The position numbers and the translations under genes are program-made. Under the pieces are notes generated by a model that was given only the letters and a program-made list of their open reading frames with translations, ran no database searches and was not told the DNA's origin. Positions 1-9,216 of a stretch of DNA of 64,000 nucleotides are shown piece after piece; positions within the stretch are counted from its first letter, which is position 1, and each line of letters starts with the position of its first letter. Source of the DNA: an uncultured delta proteobacterium (GTDB lineage: Bacteria; Desulfobacterota; Zymogenia; Zymogenales; Zymogenaceae); NCBI GenBank assembly GCA_963735595.1, contig CAVTLK010000001.1:1-64000 (forward strand). The letters are read 5' to 3'.

Positions 1-459
1 CGCACTGACGTCTTCATCGGTAACGGTCTCGATACCAAGCTTCTTCTTGACCTGTCCCATCTTGTAAAAGAGCTTCTTCTGCGCCTGGGTCGTGCCGATC
101 TTCACGAGGCTCCACGACTTGATGATAAAGTTCTGGATATATGCCCTGATCCACCAGACCGCGTATGAGATAAGCCGGAAGCCTTTTTGCGGATCGAACT
201 TCTTGACGGCCTGCATGAGACCGATATTACCTTCCTGGATGAGGTCCATGATCTTGAGGCCGTAATCGGAGTATTCATAGGCGACCTTTACCACGAAGCG
301 GAGGTTTGATACGACCAGCTTATGGGCCGCTTCGATATCACTATTTTCCCGCCACCTCACGCCAAGGTCATATTCCTCTTCTTTTGTGAGGAGCGGAAAT
401 CGATTTATCCTATGTATATAGAGCGCCAGGGCGCTCGTTTTTTCAGGCAGCATTTTCAT
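1..459 (-). CDS. rpoH: RNA polymerase sigma-32 factor RpoH (5' part; runs off window start)
   Basis: Manual translation [29 protein letters not shown]...[13 protein letters not shown]...[19 protein letters not shown]...[10 protein letters not shown]...[19 protein letters not shown], with sigma70 region 2 and the RpoH box; GGAG upstream of ATG at 459. Confidence 0.93.
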   Translation of the reverse strand, partial: MKMLPEKTSALALYIHRINRFPLLTKEEEYDLGVRWRENSDIEAAHKLVVSNLRFVVKVAYEYSDYGLKIMDLIQEGNIGLMQAVKKFDPQKGFRLISYAVWWIRAYIQNFIIKSWSLVKIGTTQAQKKLFYKMGQVKKKLGIETVTDEDVSA

Positions 460-516
460 TCCCTGTCTCCTTTCCTGTTTTCGGGGTATATGGGATCTTC
501 ATGTCCTTATAAGCTG

Positions 517-543
517 TTAGCACTCTATCACTATGAGTGCTAA
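517..543. promoter_or_regulatory. CIRCE element (HrcA operator) upstream of rpoH
   Basis: Perfect TTAGCACTC-N9(tatcactat)-GAGTGCTAA. Confidence 0.97.
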
Positions 544-570
544 TTATACCCCAAAAAAGAATGAAATCAA
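543..570 (-). promoter_or_regulatory. Putative sigma70 promoter of rpoH, abutting the CIRCE
   Basis: Minus strand TTGATT (570-565), 16 bp spacer, TATAAT (548-543). Confidence 0.55.
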
Positions 571-615
571 GAACATTTATTCATACCCGACATCTTCTTA
601 TAACAGGGTATTTCA

Positions 616-644
616 TTGACATTGAGTCCCTATTAGTATACATT
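616..644 (+). promoter_or_regulatory. Putative sigma70 promoter of the patatin-dacZ-dusB operon
   Basis: TTGACA (616-621), 17 bp spacer, TACATT (639-644). Confidence 0.55.
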
Positions 645-699
645 ATTTCTTATCCACTAATTAAGATGAAGAAGAACGATAAACGTTTCATCCCTGAAA

Positions 700-1672
700 A
701 TGAGATTCTTCAAGAAAGATATTGCATCACCCTTTGACTATCGGACGCTGTATAAATATCTTCCCGATAAATACCGCCTCAAGGTCGGGCTGGCGCTCGG
801 CAGTGGTGGTGCTCGCGGATTGACCCATCTGGGGGTAATTAAGACGCTTGATCTGCCGGCGTTAAAATCGAGTTTGTTTCGGGTACGAGCGTCGGGGCGC
901 TCGTCGGCGCGTTTCTCGCGGCCGGAAAGCTCGATGATCTCATAGCGTTCACCGCCCCCCTAACGCTGAAAGAGTCGCTGAAGATGGCCGACATAATGTT
1001 TCCCACCAGCGGGCTCATCGAGGGAAAGAAGATCGAGCAATTCCTCCGAACCACCTCGGTACCGTGACGATAGAAGATCTAGCCGTTCCCTTTGCGTGCG
1101 TCGCGACGAATTTCTATACCGGGCAGGAAGTGATCATAAACAGGGGCGATCTGGTGACGGCCGTGCGGGCCTCCATATCCATTCCCGGGGTTTTCAGGCC
1201 GGTCGCCGTCGACGGTATGCTATTGTTGGACGGCGGCGTCGTTAATCCGGTGCCGGTGCAGGTGGTCAGGGACCTTGGCGCCGAATTCATCATTGCCGTG
1301 GATATCAGTCCCGAGGTCGCCAAGAAGATAACGATACAGCGCCCGATTACTGATCCCGGCCGGGCGGGAGGGAAGGCGAAGAATGACGAAATCGAGCTCC
1401 CCAACATTTTTGAGATAATCATGGGATCGATCGCGATCATGGAATCCCAGATAGTCGGTATGCGTATGAAGACCGAGTCCCCTGATATCATCGTAAAGCC
1501 GGCCGTGGACGATATTGGAACGTACGACTTCCATCGATATCAGGAAGGGGTCCAGCGGGGAAAATCCGCGGCCGATCCGGTTATACCGAAGATATCGAGA
1601 TATATCAGGATGTTAACGAACCTGCCGACGGACATGTCGCAAACAAGGCCGGCCGACGGCACGTTAACCTGA
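700..1672 (+). CDS. Patatin-like phospholipase (RssA/NTE type), split by two apparent 1-nt deletions (~851, ~1050)
   Basis: LALGSGGARG in frame 1, GTSVG nucleophile motif in the middle frame, and SISIPG...DGGVVNPVP in ORF 1064-1672. Confidence 0.85.
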
Positions 1673-1714
1673 GATCGTTTTCACTCCATCAGTATCCAAT
1701 TTATAAGGAAAGAA

Positions 1715-2617
1715 ATGATCGGCAAGAAGACCCCGGGAAAGGAACAGGTGCTCTCGCGGCTGATCATCGAAAGCGCCGGTGAGATCGCCCAGCGGATAAA
1801 GGCCCAGGAGGTTTTCGTTATCCTCCAGGGACGGGACGACTACGAGCGGACGGCCGATCAGATCAAAAAGCTGAACGCCGTGCCGGTGGTGCGGGGAGAG
1901 GAATTCTTCCGGGAGGTATTGTCCGCCCATGGGAAGGCCCTCCAGGTTCCCGATATCAAACTGACCCGCATGGGCCAGATCAAGGTTGCGGTGATGCTTG
2001 CCATCTCCGGAAAAATCATAAAGTCGGGCGACCGGATCGTCTGCGTTACAGGCGTCGCCTCATTTGGAAACAATGACTCGATCGTGGTGATCGACACGGG
2101 AAAGGAGTTTGAAATCTTCAGCTCCGCGAACCTGCTGGACATCCCGGATTCGGTCCGTCCGGATGTCTTTGAAACGGTGCTTAAACTCGCTATGGAGCTT
2201 GCGGCCCGCGGCAGGGAAGGAAAATCGGTTGGGACCATCTTCGTATTGGGGGATGAAGAGCGGGTGCTTCAGCTCTCCCGACAGCTCATCATCAATCCCT
2301 TCAAGGGGTATTCCGAGGAAGAGCTGAGCATCCACGATCCGCAGCTTCGGGACGCGATCAAGGAGTTCTCTGCCATTGATGGGGCTTTCGTTATCAGGGG
2401 CGACGGCGTCCTGATCACTGCCGGCAGGCACCTCAACGCCGCTCTCGAGGATGAGGATATGCCCAAGGGGCTGGGGAGCAGGCACGTTGCCGCCGCCGGA
2501 ATTACCTCACTGACCGACGCTATTGCGATAGTTATATCGGAATCCGCCGGGACACTGAGGATATTTAAAAAGGGCAGGGTCTTTATGGAGATAGAGCGGC
2601 CCCCGGTCGGTGCGTAG
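1715..2617 (+). CDS. dacZ: Diadenylate cyclase, DacZ/CdaZ-like (N-terminal alpha/beta domain plus DisA_N/DAC domain)
   Basis: GREGKSVGTIFVLGD...INPFKG...KEFSAIDGAFVI (DGA motif)...GLGSRHVAAAGIT...IVISES; no TM helices or HhH domain. Confidence 0.85.
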   Translation: MIGKKTPGKEQVLSRLIIESAGEIAQRIKAQEVFVILQGRDDYERTADQIKKLNAVPVVRGEEFFREVLSAHGKALQVPDIKLTRMGQIKVAVMLAISGKIIKSGDRIVCVTGVASFGNNDSIVVIDTGKEFEIFSSANLLDIPDSVRPDVFETVLKLAMELAARGREGKSVGTIFVLGDEERVLQLSRQLIINPFKGYSEEELSIHDPQLRDAIKEFSAIDGAFVIRGDGVLITAGRHLNAALEDEDMPKGLGSRHVAAAGITSLTDAIAIVISESAGTLRIFKKGRVFMEIERPPVGA

Positions 2618-2622
2618 GATCA

Positions 2623-3558
2623 ATGAATATCGGTCGTCTCGTGCTCCCCTCTCGCCTGTTAGCCGCACCCATGGCCGGCGTCATCGACGTCAGTATGCGG
2701 ATCCTCCTTATCCAGTACGGCGCGGGCATGGTCTTTTCGGAAATGGTGAGCGCTGAGGGGATAAGGAGGAATCAAAGAGGAAGCACGACCCTCGTAACCT
2801 GTCTTCCGGAAGAGTCACCGTGCGGCGTTCAGCTTTTTGGGAGGGATCCGTCGGCGCTGGCCGATGCCGCTCGGTATGCCGAGGATCACGGCGCGGCCCT
2901 GGTGGACATCAACATGGGCTGCCCCGTCAAGAAGGTCGTTCGGCAGGGTGCGGGGGCGGCCCTTCTCATGGAACCCGGGCTCTGCGGGCAGATCGTGGAG
3001 TCGGTGTCGCGGGCGGTCAGACTGCCGGTGACGGCCAAGATTCGGGCGGGATGGGATACGTCCGCGATAAACTACCGTGAGGTTGGGGAGCGTCTGGCCG
3101 ACGCCGGGGCGGACGCGGTGATCCTCCACCCGAGGACGGCCGTTCAGTTCTTTTCCGGCGCCTCCGACTGGTCGCTCGTGACCGACCTGGCAGGACGCCT
3201 CCCGATTCCCGTCATCGGAAGCGGAGATATCGGGGGGTATCGGCAGGCGCAGGAGCGGATGTCTGAGACCGGGGCGGCCTTCGTCATGATCGGGAGGGCC
3301 GCGATGGGTCGGCCCTGGGTCTTTTCGCCGGAGGGCGCTGACCCGGGACGGGGCGATCTCTACTCTATAATTGAGCGTCACCGGCAGCTCATTGAACAGT
3401 ACTATCGGCCGCAAAAGGCGGTCTCGGTCCTGAAGCGGCACTGCACCTACTACATACGGGGTTTGGCCGGTGCGGCGTCAACAAGGGCGTCCCTGATGAG
3501 CAAGCAGACCACGGCGTCAATCATGGCGCTGATGAGCGATTACCTCGTGAGCGATTGA
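2623..3558 (+). CDS. dusB: tRNA-dihydrouridine synthase DusB
   Basis: LAAPMAG, SEMVS, VQLFG, DINMGCPVKKV, TAKIRAGW, MIGRAAMGRPW. Confidence 0.92.
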   Translation: MNIGRLVLPSRLLAAPMAGVIDVSMRILLIQYGAGMVFSEMVSAEGIRRNQRGSTTLVTCLPEESPCGVQLFGRDPSALADAARYAEDHGAALVDINMGCPVKKVVRQGAGAALLMEPGLCGQIVESVSRAVRLPVTAKIRAGWDTSAINYREVGERLADAGADAVILHPRTAVQFFSGASDWSLVTDLAGRLPIPVIGSGDIGGYRQAQERMSETGAAFVMIGRAAMGRPWVFSPEGADPGRGDLYSIIERHRQLIEQYYRPQKAVSVLKRHCTYYIRGLAGAASTRASLMSKQTTASIMALMSDYLVSD

Positions 3559-3568
3559 CGGAATATGC

Positions 3569-4927
3569 ATGCAACAGATTCTCGAATCCCACGCCGACAA
3601 ACAGGCAGTGATTTTTCAGCTACCCGAAGATGCCGAGAAGGCAGTTGCGGAGGTGTTGGAGGGGCAGAAGATTCTGGTCCGTCGGGAGTCGCACGTGGCC
3701 GATCTGCGCCGTATACTGAAAACTGATCATCCCGATTTCGTCTTTATCGGATCGTCCTATCTTCTCAAACGGGGGGAAACCCTTCTGTCGTCAATCAAAA
3801 AAGGGCGGCCCGGTATTCCGATTATCATCGCCGTCGCCGACAAAGACCGAGAGCGCCTCCTCCCCCTGCTTGGGCCTCATGTCTCCGGTTTTCTTTATCA
3901 GCCCTACTACCAGCGGGAAACCCTTTTCGTCCTTTCCTCAGCCGGGCGGATGACCGTTTCGGATATACAAAACAGCATCGCCGGACAGTTGGCGGCATAC
4001 CTCGGCAACGCCCACAAGGTCTTCATCGGGAGGTCACGCAACGCTCAACAGGTGCGCAGGGATACGGCGGCCGCCCGAAAGGGTAGCGGTCATGTTCTAT
4101 TTATCGGCGAAAGCGGAACCGGGAAGACCCAGCTGTCGTTCTGTGTCCACCTGAAGCCCGGTCAGCTGCCGGCCCCGTTGAGTATCTTCGATCCGCTAGT
4201 TGAACAGAAGAAAAAGAGACGGAGCGTCTCCCTGTTTGATGATGCGTATCCATCGGGTACAGTGATCGTCAAGAACAGCCAGCACCTGGGGACGCGGGAG
4301 GCGGGGTTTATCGGGTCACTGCTCGATGCAGGTGTCGATCCCGGACGGAGGGCTCCCCGGCTCATCGTCCACCACGATCCGGCCTCCGGAATCGTTGAGC
4401 GGTTCGATCGATCACGCTTTGCCCACGTGATCTCAATCGAACCTCTTCGAGAGCGTTCGGAGGATATCGGGGCGATATTCGGCTATTTCGTAAACAGCTT
4501 CTCGGCCCTGTTCGGCAATCTAAAGATTTCGATAACCCCCGCGGCGAGAAGAATGCTCATGGACTATTCATGGCCGAGGAACGTCCGAGATCTCATCGGG
4601 TTGGTCATCTTTCTCATGGTCACCGAGACCGGGGGAGTGATAGATCCGGTTTCACTTCCCGATTTCATCACGAGAAACGATCCCGATCCGCTGGGCAGAA
4701 TATCACTTGAGCACCTTCTCTCATCCAAACTTAAACCGATCGTTTCCCGGATCGATCTTGATCGAGTAGAAGGTCTTTACAACATAATCATGGCCAGGGT
4801 GGAAGTCCCCCTCATCAAGCTCGTGCTCGAACGAACCGATCGCAACCAATCCAAGGCTGCAAAGATCCTCGGCATCAACCGCAATACTCTCAAGAAGAAG
4901 ATCGATGAGTACCGGCTCGGCAAATAG
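3569..4927 (+). CDS. Degenerate NtrC-like protein: pseudo-receiver, shortened AAA+ domain and Fis-type HTH
   Basis: GESGTGKT Walker A, PLRERSEDI, YSWPRNVRDL, C-terminal NQSKAAKILGINRNTLKKKI; no GAFTGA loop or Walker B DE. Confidence 0.8.
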   Translation: MQQILESHADKQAVIFQLPEDAEKAVAEVLEGQKILVRRESHVADLRRILKTDHPDFVFIGSSYLLKRGETLLSSIKKGRPGIPIIIAVADKDRERLLPLLGPHVSGFLYQPYYQRETLFVLSSAGRMTVSDIQNSIAGQLAAYLGNAHKVFIGRSRNAQQVRRDTAAARKGSGHVLFIGESGTGKTQLSFCVHLKPGQLPAPLSIFDPLVEQKKKRRSVSLFDDAYPSGTVIVKNSQHLGTREAGFIGSLLDAGVDPGRRAPRLIVHHDPASGIVERFDRSRFAHVISIEPLRERSEDIGAIFGYFVNSFSALFGNLKISITPAARRMLMDYSWPRNVRDLIGLVIFLMVTETGGVIDPVSLPDFITRNDPDPLGRISLEHLLSSKLKPIVSRIDLDRVEGLYNIIMARVEVPLIKLVLERTDRNQSKAAKILGINRNTLKKKIDEYRLGK

Positions 4928-5010
4928 GGCAACCCGCCGGCTCCACTGATTCCCCTTGACAGGGGGATTCCCGTTTTATATTATTGATTCCCATACATAC
5001 AGAGGAGTCT

Positions 5011-5592
5011 ATGGATCCGGTTGTTCGAGACGCGTTCATCGACTGTGCGCAGATTAAAAAGAAATTCGTGGAGACATACGAAAAGAAGATCGAAGAGGTT
5101 GCCGAGCTGATCGTCATCGCCTTCAAGGCGGGCAACAAGGTATTGTTGTTCGGAAACGGGGGAAGCGCGGCCGATTGTCAGCACATCGCCGCCGAGTTTG
5201 TCAATCGTTTCAAGATCAACCGCCCGCCGCTGCCCGCCCTCGCGCTGACGACCGATACGTCGATCATTACCAGCATCGGGAATGATTTTGACTTTTCCGA
5301 TATCTTTGTAAAACAAATCAAAGCTCTCGGGGCCAAGGGCGATATTGCCGTGGCCATCAGCACGAGCGGCAAATCGCCCAATATTACCAAGGCGCTGGAA
5401 GCCGCTGCGAAGCTCGGGATCGTTACAATCCTCCTAACCGGCGGAGACGGGGGGACCGCCCTCGATATGGCGACCCACGCCTTTGTCGTCCCGTCGAATA
5501 ATACGCCGAGGATCCAGGAAGTTCACATCGCCCTGGGTCATGTCCTGTGCGAGCTGGTGGACAATAAGCTCTTTCCGGGTGCCGACGCATGA
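5011..5592 (+). CDS. gmhA: Phosphoheptose isomerase
   Basis: FGNGGSAADCQHIAAEF, TSIGND, ISTSGKSPN, PRIQEVH; AGGAG before ATG 5011; TTGACA-17-TATTAT at 4956-4984. Confidence 0.95.
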   Translation: MDPVVRDAFIDCAQIKKKFVETYEKKIEEVAELIVIAFKAGNKVLLFGNGGSAADCQHIAAEFVNRFKINRPPLPALALTTDTSIITSIGNDFDFSDIFVKQIKALGAKGDIAVAISTSGKSPNITKALEAAAKLGIVTILLTGGDGGTALDMATHAFVVPSNNTPRIQEVHIALGHVLCELVDNKLFPGADA

Positions 5593-6551
5593 CCAAACGC
5601 GATAGTATGCCGCTGGATTTGACCAAGGTAAGGACCTATTCCCTGGCCCAGCGAACGAGCAAGGTAACGGTCGCCGATTTTGCCCACGCTCCGGTAGGCG
5701 GGCTGACGGTCCGGGAGTTTCTCAATGGGCTGGGGGGGCTGCTTGCCGCCGCCGACCTCAGGGAGGTGATCGGGGCGGTCGTCCGGGCCGTGCAAACCGA
5801 ACGCCCGGTGATGGTCGCGATGGGCGCCCATGTGATCAAGGTTGGTCTCTCGCCGCTGATCATCGATCTCATGGAGCGACGGATAATCAGCCTGGTGGCG
5901 CTCAACGGTGCGGGAATCATCCACGACTTTGAGCTGGCGTATGCCGGATTCACCTCGGAGGACGTTGACGCGGTGCTGCCGGGCGGAGAGTTCGGAATGG
6001 CCCGGGAAACATCCCAGTCTCTCAATAAGGCAATTAACCGGGGGGCACATAAGGGGGAGGGCATCGGGCGTGCGGTCGGTATGATGATCGAGCAGGAGAA
6101 GCTCCCTTATCGGCAGCACAGCATCCTTGCGGCGGGCGCGCGTCTCGGTATCCCGGTGACGGTGCACGTAGCCCTCGGCACCGATATCATTCATATGCAT
6201 CCGGACGCGTCCGGGGAGGCTATCGGCAAGGGATCACTTGCCGATTTTCATACGTTTGCCTCGGCGGTGGCCGGCCTTTCGGGCGGCGTCTATTTTAATA
6301 TCGGATCGGCGGTGATCCTGCCCGAGGTCTTCCTCAAGGCGATCTCGCTGGCCCGCAACGTCGGCGCTTCAGTCGAGGGTTTCACAGCAGTCAATATGGA
6401 CTTTATACGGCATTACCGTCCCCAGACAAACGTTGTCGGACGTCCCACGGCCGGTACGGGCAGGGGGATTACGCTCGTCGGCCATCACGAGATCATGGTG
6501 CCGCTGGTCTGCGCCGGGATCATCGACGCGCTCGACGCCCCGGCCGATTGA
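5589..6551 (+). CDS. Uncharacterised protein with a deoxyhypusine-synthase-like fold
   Basis: MGAHVIKVGLSPLIIDLM, NGAGIIHDFE, SILAAG..LGIPVTVH, NIGSAVILPE, GHHE; ATGA overlap with gmhA. Confidence 0.65.
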   Translation: MTKRDSMPLDLTKVRTYSLAQRTSKVTVADFAHAPVGGLTVREFLNGLGGLLAAADLREVIGAVVRAVQTERPVMVAMGAHVIKVGLSPLIIDLMERRIISLVALNGAGIIHDFELAYAGFTSEDVDAVLPGGEFGMARETSQSLNKAINRGAHKGEGIGRAVGMMIEQEKLPYRQHSILAAGARLGIPVTVHVALGTDIIHMHPDASGEAIGKGSLADFHTFASAVAGLSGGVYFNIGSAVILPEVFLKAISLARNVGASVEGFTAVNMDFIRHYRPQTNVVGRPTAGTGRGITLVGHHEIMVPLVCAGIIDALDAPAD

Positions 6552-6636
6552 AGCCCGATACCGAATAAGAAACCGGGGATAAAAGGCGGGTGTCCAAATA
6601 CTCTGCCGTTTATTTGCCGATATGAGTGACGGCGTA

Positions 6637-6665
6637 TTGACCAAAGAAGAAATCTGGGGTATACT
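6637..6665 (+). promoter_or_regulatory. Putative sigma70 promoter
   Basis: TTGACC, 17 bp spacer, TATACT. Confidence 0.6.
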
Positions 6666-6724
6666 TGATCACATTAGGCGTGCGTGTGACGTGCGTATTT
6701 GAGAGGAACGATATCGGGGGGGTC

Positions 6725-7114
6725 ATGGCAAACAAAAAAAGGGTGCTCATTGTCGATGACAACCACTTTTTCCGCGAGGTCATGACCAATGAGTTCAACG
6801 AGGCGGGCTTTGATGTTTTGACTGCCGAAGACGGTGAAGAAGGTCTTCAGAAATTCGAGCGGTCGCACCCCGATGTGGTCATCGTAGACAAGATCATGCC
6901 GAAGATGGGCGGCACGCGGTTCATGAAACGGGCCCAGGAACACGATTTTTCCAAGGATGTCCTATTCGTTACCGTCAGTTCCATGATTGCGGAGCCGCCA
7001 CACGAGCATCATCACGATGTCCTCGGCTCAAAGGTACATATTCCCAAGACCACCAAACCCGTCGATATAGTGATCCTTGTGGAGCAGCTCCTCTCGAGAA
7101 AAGCAGCAAAATAA
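6725..7114 (+). CDS. Single-domain response regulator
   Basis: VLIVDDN...PDVVIVDKIMPKMGG...VSS...IPK. Confidence 0.88.
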   Translation: MANKKRVLIVDDNHFFREVMTNEFNEAGFDVLTAEDGEEGLQKFERSHPDVVIVDKIMPKMGGTRFMKRAQEHDFSKDVLFVTVSSMIAEPPHEHHHDVLGSKVHIPKTTKPVDIVILVEQLLSRKAAK

Positions 7115-7143
7115 TCGATTTCGTTCTTTCGGTATCATTCGTG

Positions 7144-7166
7144 CCGCCCAAAGAGGGCGGTTTTTT
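7144..7166 (+). terminator. Intrinsic terminator
   Basis: CCGCCC-aaaga-GGGCGG followed by T6. Confidence 0.75.
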
Positions 7167-7222
7167 ACTTGGACGGCGGCGCCAGAAACCCTGGTGAGAC
7201 GCCTGACGCGGGGAAAGGCCGG

Positions 7223-7900
7223 ATGGGTCTATTCGGGATGTTTCTTGAGCTTACGGGCCGCAGGTGCCTGGTCGTCGGCGGCGGGGCCGTGGGCACCCGG
7301 AAGGTGCAGGCGTTGCTGGAGGCCGGCGGGAACGTTACGGTAGTATCCCCGGAGGTGACCCCCGAATTGGGGCGGCTCATCGATGAAGGAAGGGCTGCCT
7401 ATATCAGGGGACGGTTTTCGCCGGAGCATCTGGCGGAGATACTCGTGTGCATATCGGCGATGGACGAGCGCGCCGGAAACGAGGAGGTTGCCGAGAACTG
7501 CCGAAAACGGGGGGTACTCGTTAACGTCGTGGACGATCCGTCGCTTTCCGATTTCTTCTTCCCGTCGGTAATCCGCAGGGGAGACCTGGTTATCGCCATC
7601 TCATCGGGCGGCGTCGCGCCGTCGATGGTGAAGCGAATACGTCAGGACCTGGAGGCGAGCTACGGCCCGGAATATGAGGCGGTCTTGCTCGTTCTGGGGC
7701 GGCTGAGACAACGGCTCAGGGGAGCCGGACTTACCGGGGAGGCGCTTGCCGGCGTCATGGAGCGGGCGGCGGCGCTTCCACTGGCCGAGATGATATCGGA
7801 GGGACCGAACAGCGGGATCGTCCGGGTGATACGGCAGGTCCTTGACGAGGGTGGGGTGGGTGCAGACGTCGATCTTAGCGGCCTGTGCGATCCCGAATAG
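7223..7900 (+). CDS. sirC: Precorrin-2 dehydrogenase / sirohydrochlorin ferrochelatase (SirC/Met8p-like)
   Basis: CLVVGGGAVGTRK, VNVVDDPSLSDFFFPS, IAISSGG. Confidence 0.88.
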   Translation: MGLFGMFLELTGRRCLVVGGGAVGTRKVQALLEAGGNVTVVSPEVTPELGRLIDEGRAAYIRGRFSPEHLAEILVCISAMDERAGNEEVAENCRKRGVLVNVVDDPSLSDFFFPSVIRRGDLVIAISSGGVAPSMVKRIRQDLEASYGPEYEAVLLVLGRLRQRLRGAGLTGEALAGVMERAAALPLAEMISEGPNSGIVRVIRQVLDEGGVGADVDLSGLCDPE

Positions 7901-7902
7901 AA

Positions 7903-9216
7903 ATGCTAAATAAACGAAACATGACGCTGTTTGTTGTCGGGATGAGCCATAAATCGGCGCCGGTGGATGTCCGTGAGAGGATGGGTATCGGCAACGGGTC
8001 GATCGAAAAATTCCTGCAGGGGCTGGTAAGCTCACCCGATATCGACGAGTGCCTGGTGCTTTCCACGTGTAACCGTGTGGAGATACTGGGGCTGTCGCCC
8101 GACGTGTCGGCGGCGGTGACGTACGCTATCTCGTATCTGGGCTCTTTTCACGGCAGAGATCCATCCGCGATGAAGGACTACTTTTATATACGAGAGGATC
8201 GAGACGCCGTCCGTCACGTCCTGCGGGTCAGCTCATCGCTCGATTCAATGGTGGTCGGCGAGCCGCAAATACTGGGCCAGGTCAAAGACTCCTACCGGGC
8301 GGCGACGGCCTCGGATACCTCCGGGCCGGTTCTCAACCGGCTGCTGCACCGCGCCTTTTTTACGGCCAAGCGGGTCAAGAATGAGACCGCTATCGCCTCC
8401 CGCCCCGTTTCCGTCAGTTCGGCGGCGCTCTGGCTCTGCGAGGAATCGCTCGGCGGCCCTTCGGGGAGAAGCGTCCTCATGGTCGGCGCGGGAGAGATGG
8501 GAGAGGAAACGCTTAAGCAGCTTGCCTGTTGCCAGCCCGGGGAGATACATATCGCCAACAGGACGCGGGAGAAGGCTCAAGCCCTTTGTGAACGGTTCGT
8601 GGGCACGTACGTTGCCTGGGAGAACCTGGCCGAGGCCGTCGGTTCGGCCGATATCGTCATCACCTGTACCGGATCGGCGCAACCCATCATTACGGCGCCG
8701 ATGGTCACGCGGGCGCTGAAGGGCCGCAACGGAAGGCCGCTTGCTATTATTGATATCGCGGTTCCGCGGGACGTTGAGCAGGCGGTCGGGGATATCGCCG
8801 GGGTATCGCTCTATAACATAGACAACCTTAACGAAGTGGTGAAACGCAACATCTCAGAGCGTGAATCGGACGCAGTACGTTCGGAGCGAATCGTTGATGA
8901 GGAGACGGATAAATTCATGGGCTGGCTTGATTCGCTGGACCTGGTGCCGACGATCGTGCTGTTGAGGCGGAAGTTGAAGCTGATCGGTGACGAGGAGGTC
9001 AACAAGACCCTCGCCTCGTGGGAGAGGCCTACCGAGGAGGAGATCCGACGGGTGCGGTTCCTTGCCGAATCGATTATAAACAAGGTCCTGCACGATCCCA
9101 CCATGTACCTGAAACACGACGCCCAGGCGGCGGGGTCGTCAACCGTTGAATTAATCCGGGACCTGTTTGCCCTCGACGGGGAGGATGCCGATGATCACAA
9201 TCGGGACGAGGGGTAG
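7903..9216 (+). CDS. hemA: Glutamyl-tRNA reductase
   Basis: LSTCNRVE, SLDSMVVGEPQILGQVK, GAGEMG, DIAVPRDV; start could be 7921. Confidence 0.96.
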   Translation: MLNKRNMTLFVVGMSHKSAPVDVRERMGIGNGSIEKFLQGLVSSPDIDECLVLSTCNRVEILGLSPDVSAAVTYAISYLGSFHGRDPSAMKDYFYIREDRDAVRHVLRVSSSLDSMVVGEPQILGQVKDSYRAATASDTSGPVLNRLLHRAFFTAKRVKNETAIASRPVSVSSAALWLCEESLGGPSGRSVLMVGAGEMGEETLKQLACCQPGEIHIANRTREKAQALCERFVGTYVAWENLAEAVGSADIVITCTGSAQPIITAPMVTRALKGRNGRPLAIIDIAVPRDVEQAVGDIAGVSLYNIDNLNEVVKRNISERESDAVRSERIVDEETDKFMGWLDSLDLVPTIVLLRRKLKLIGDEEVNKTLASWERPTEEEIRRVRFLAESIINKVLHDPTMYLKHDAQAAGSSTVELIRDLFALDGEDADDHNRDEG

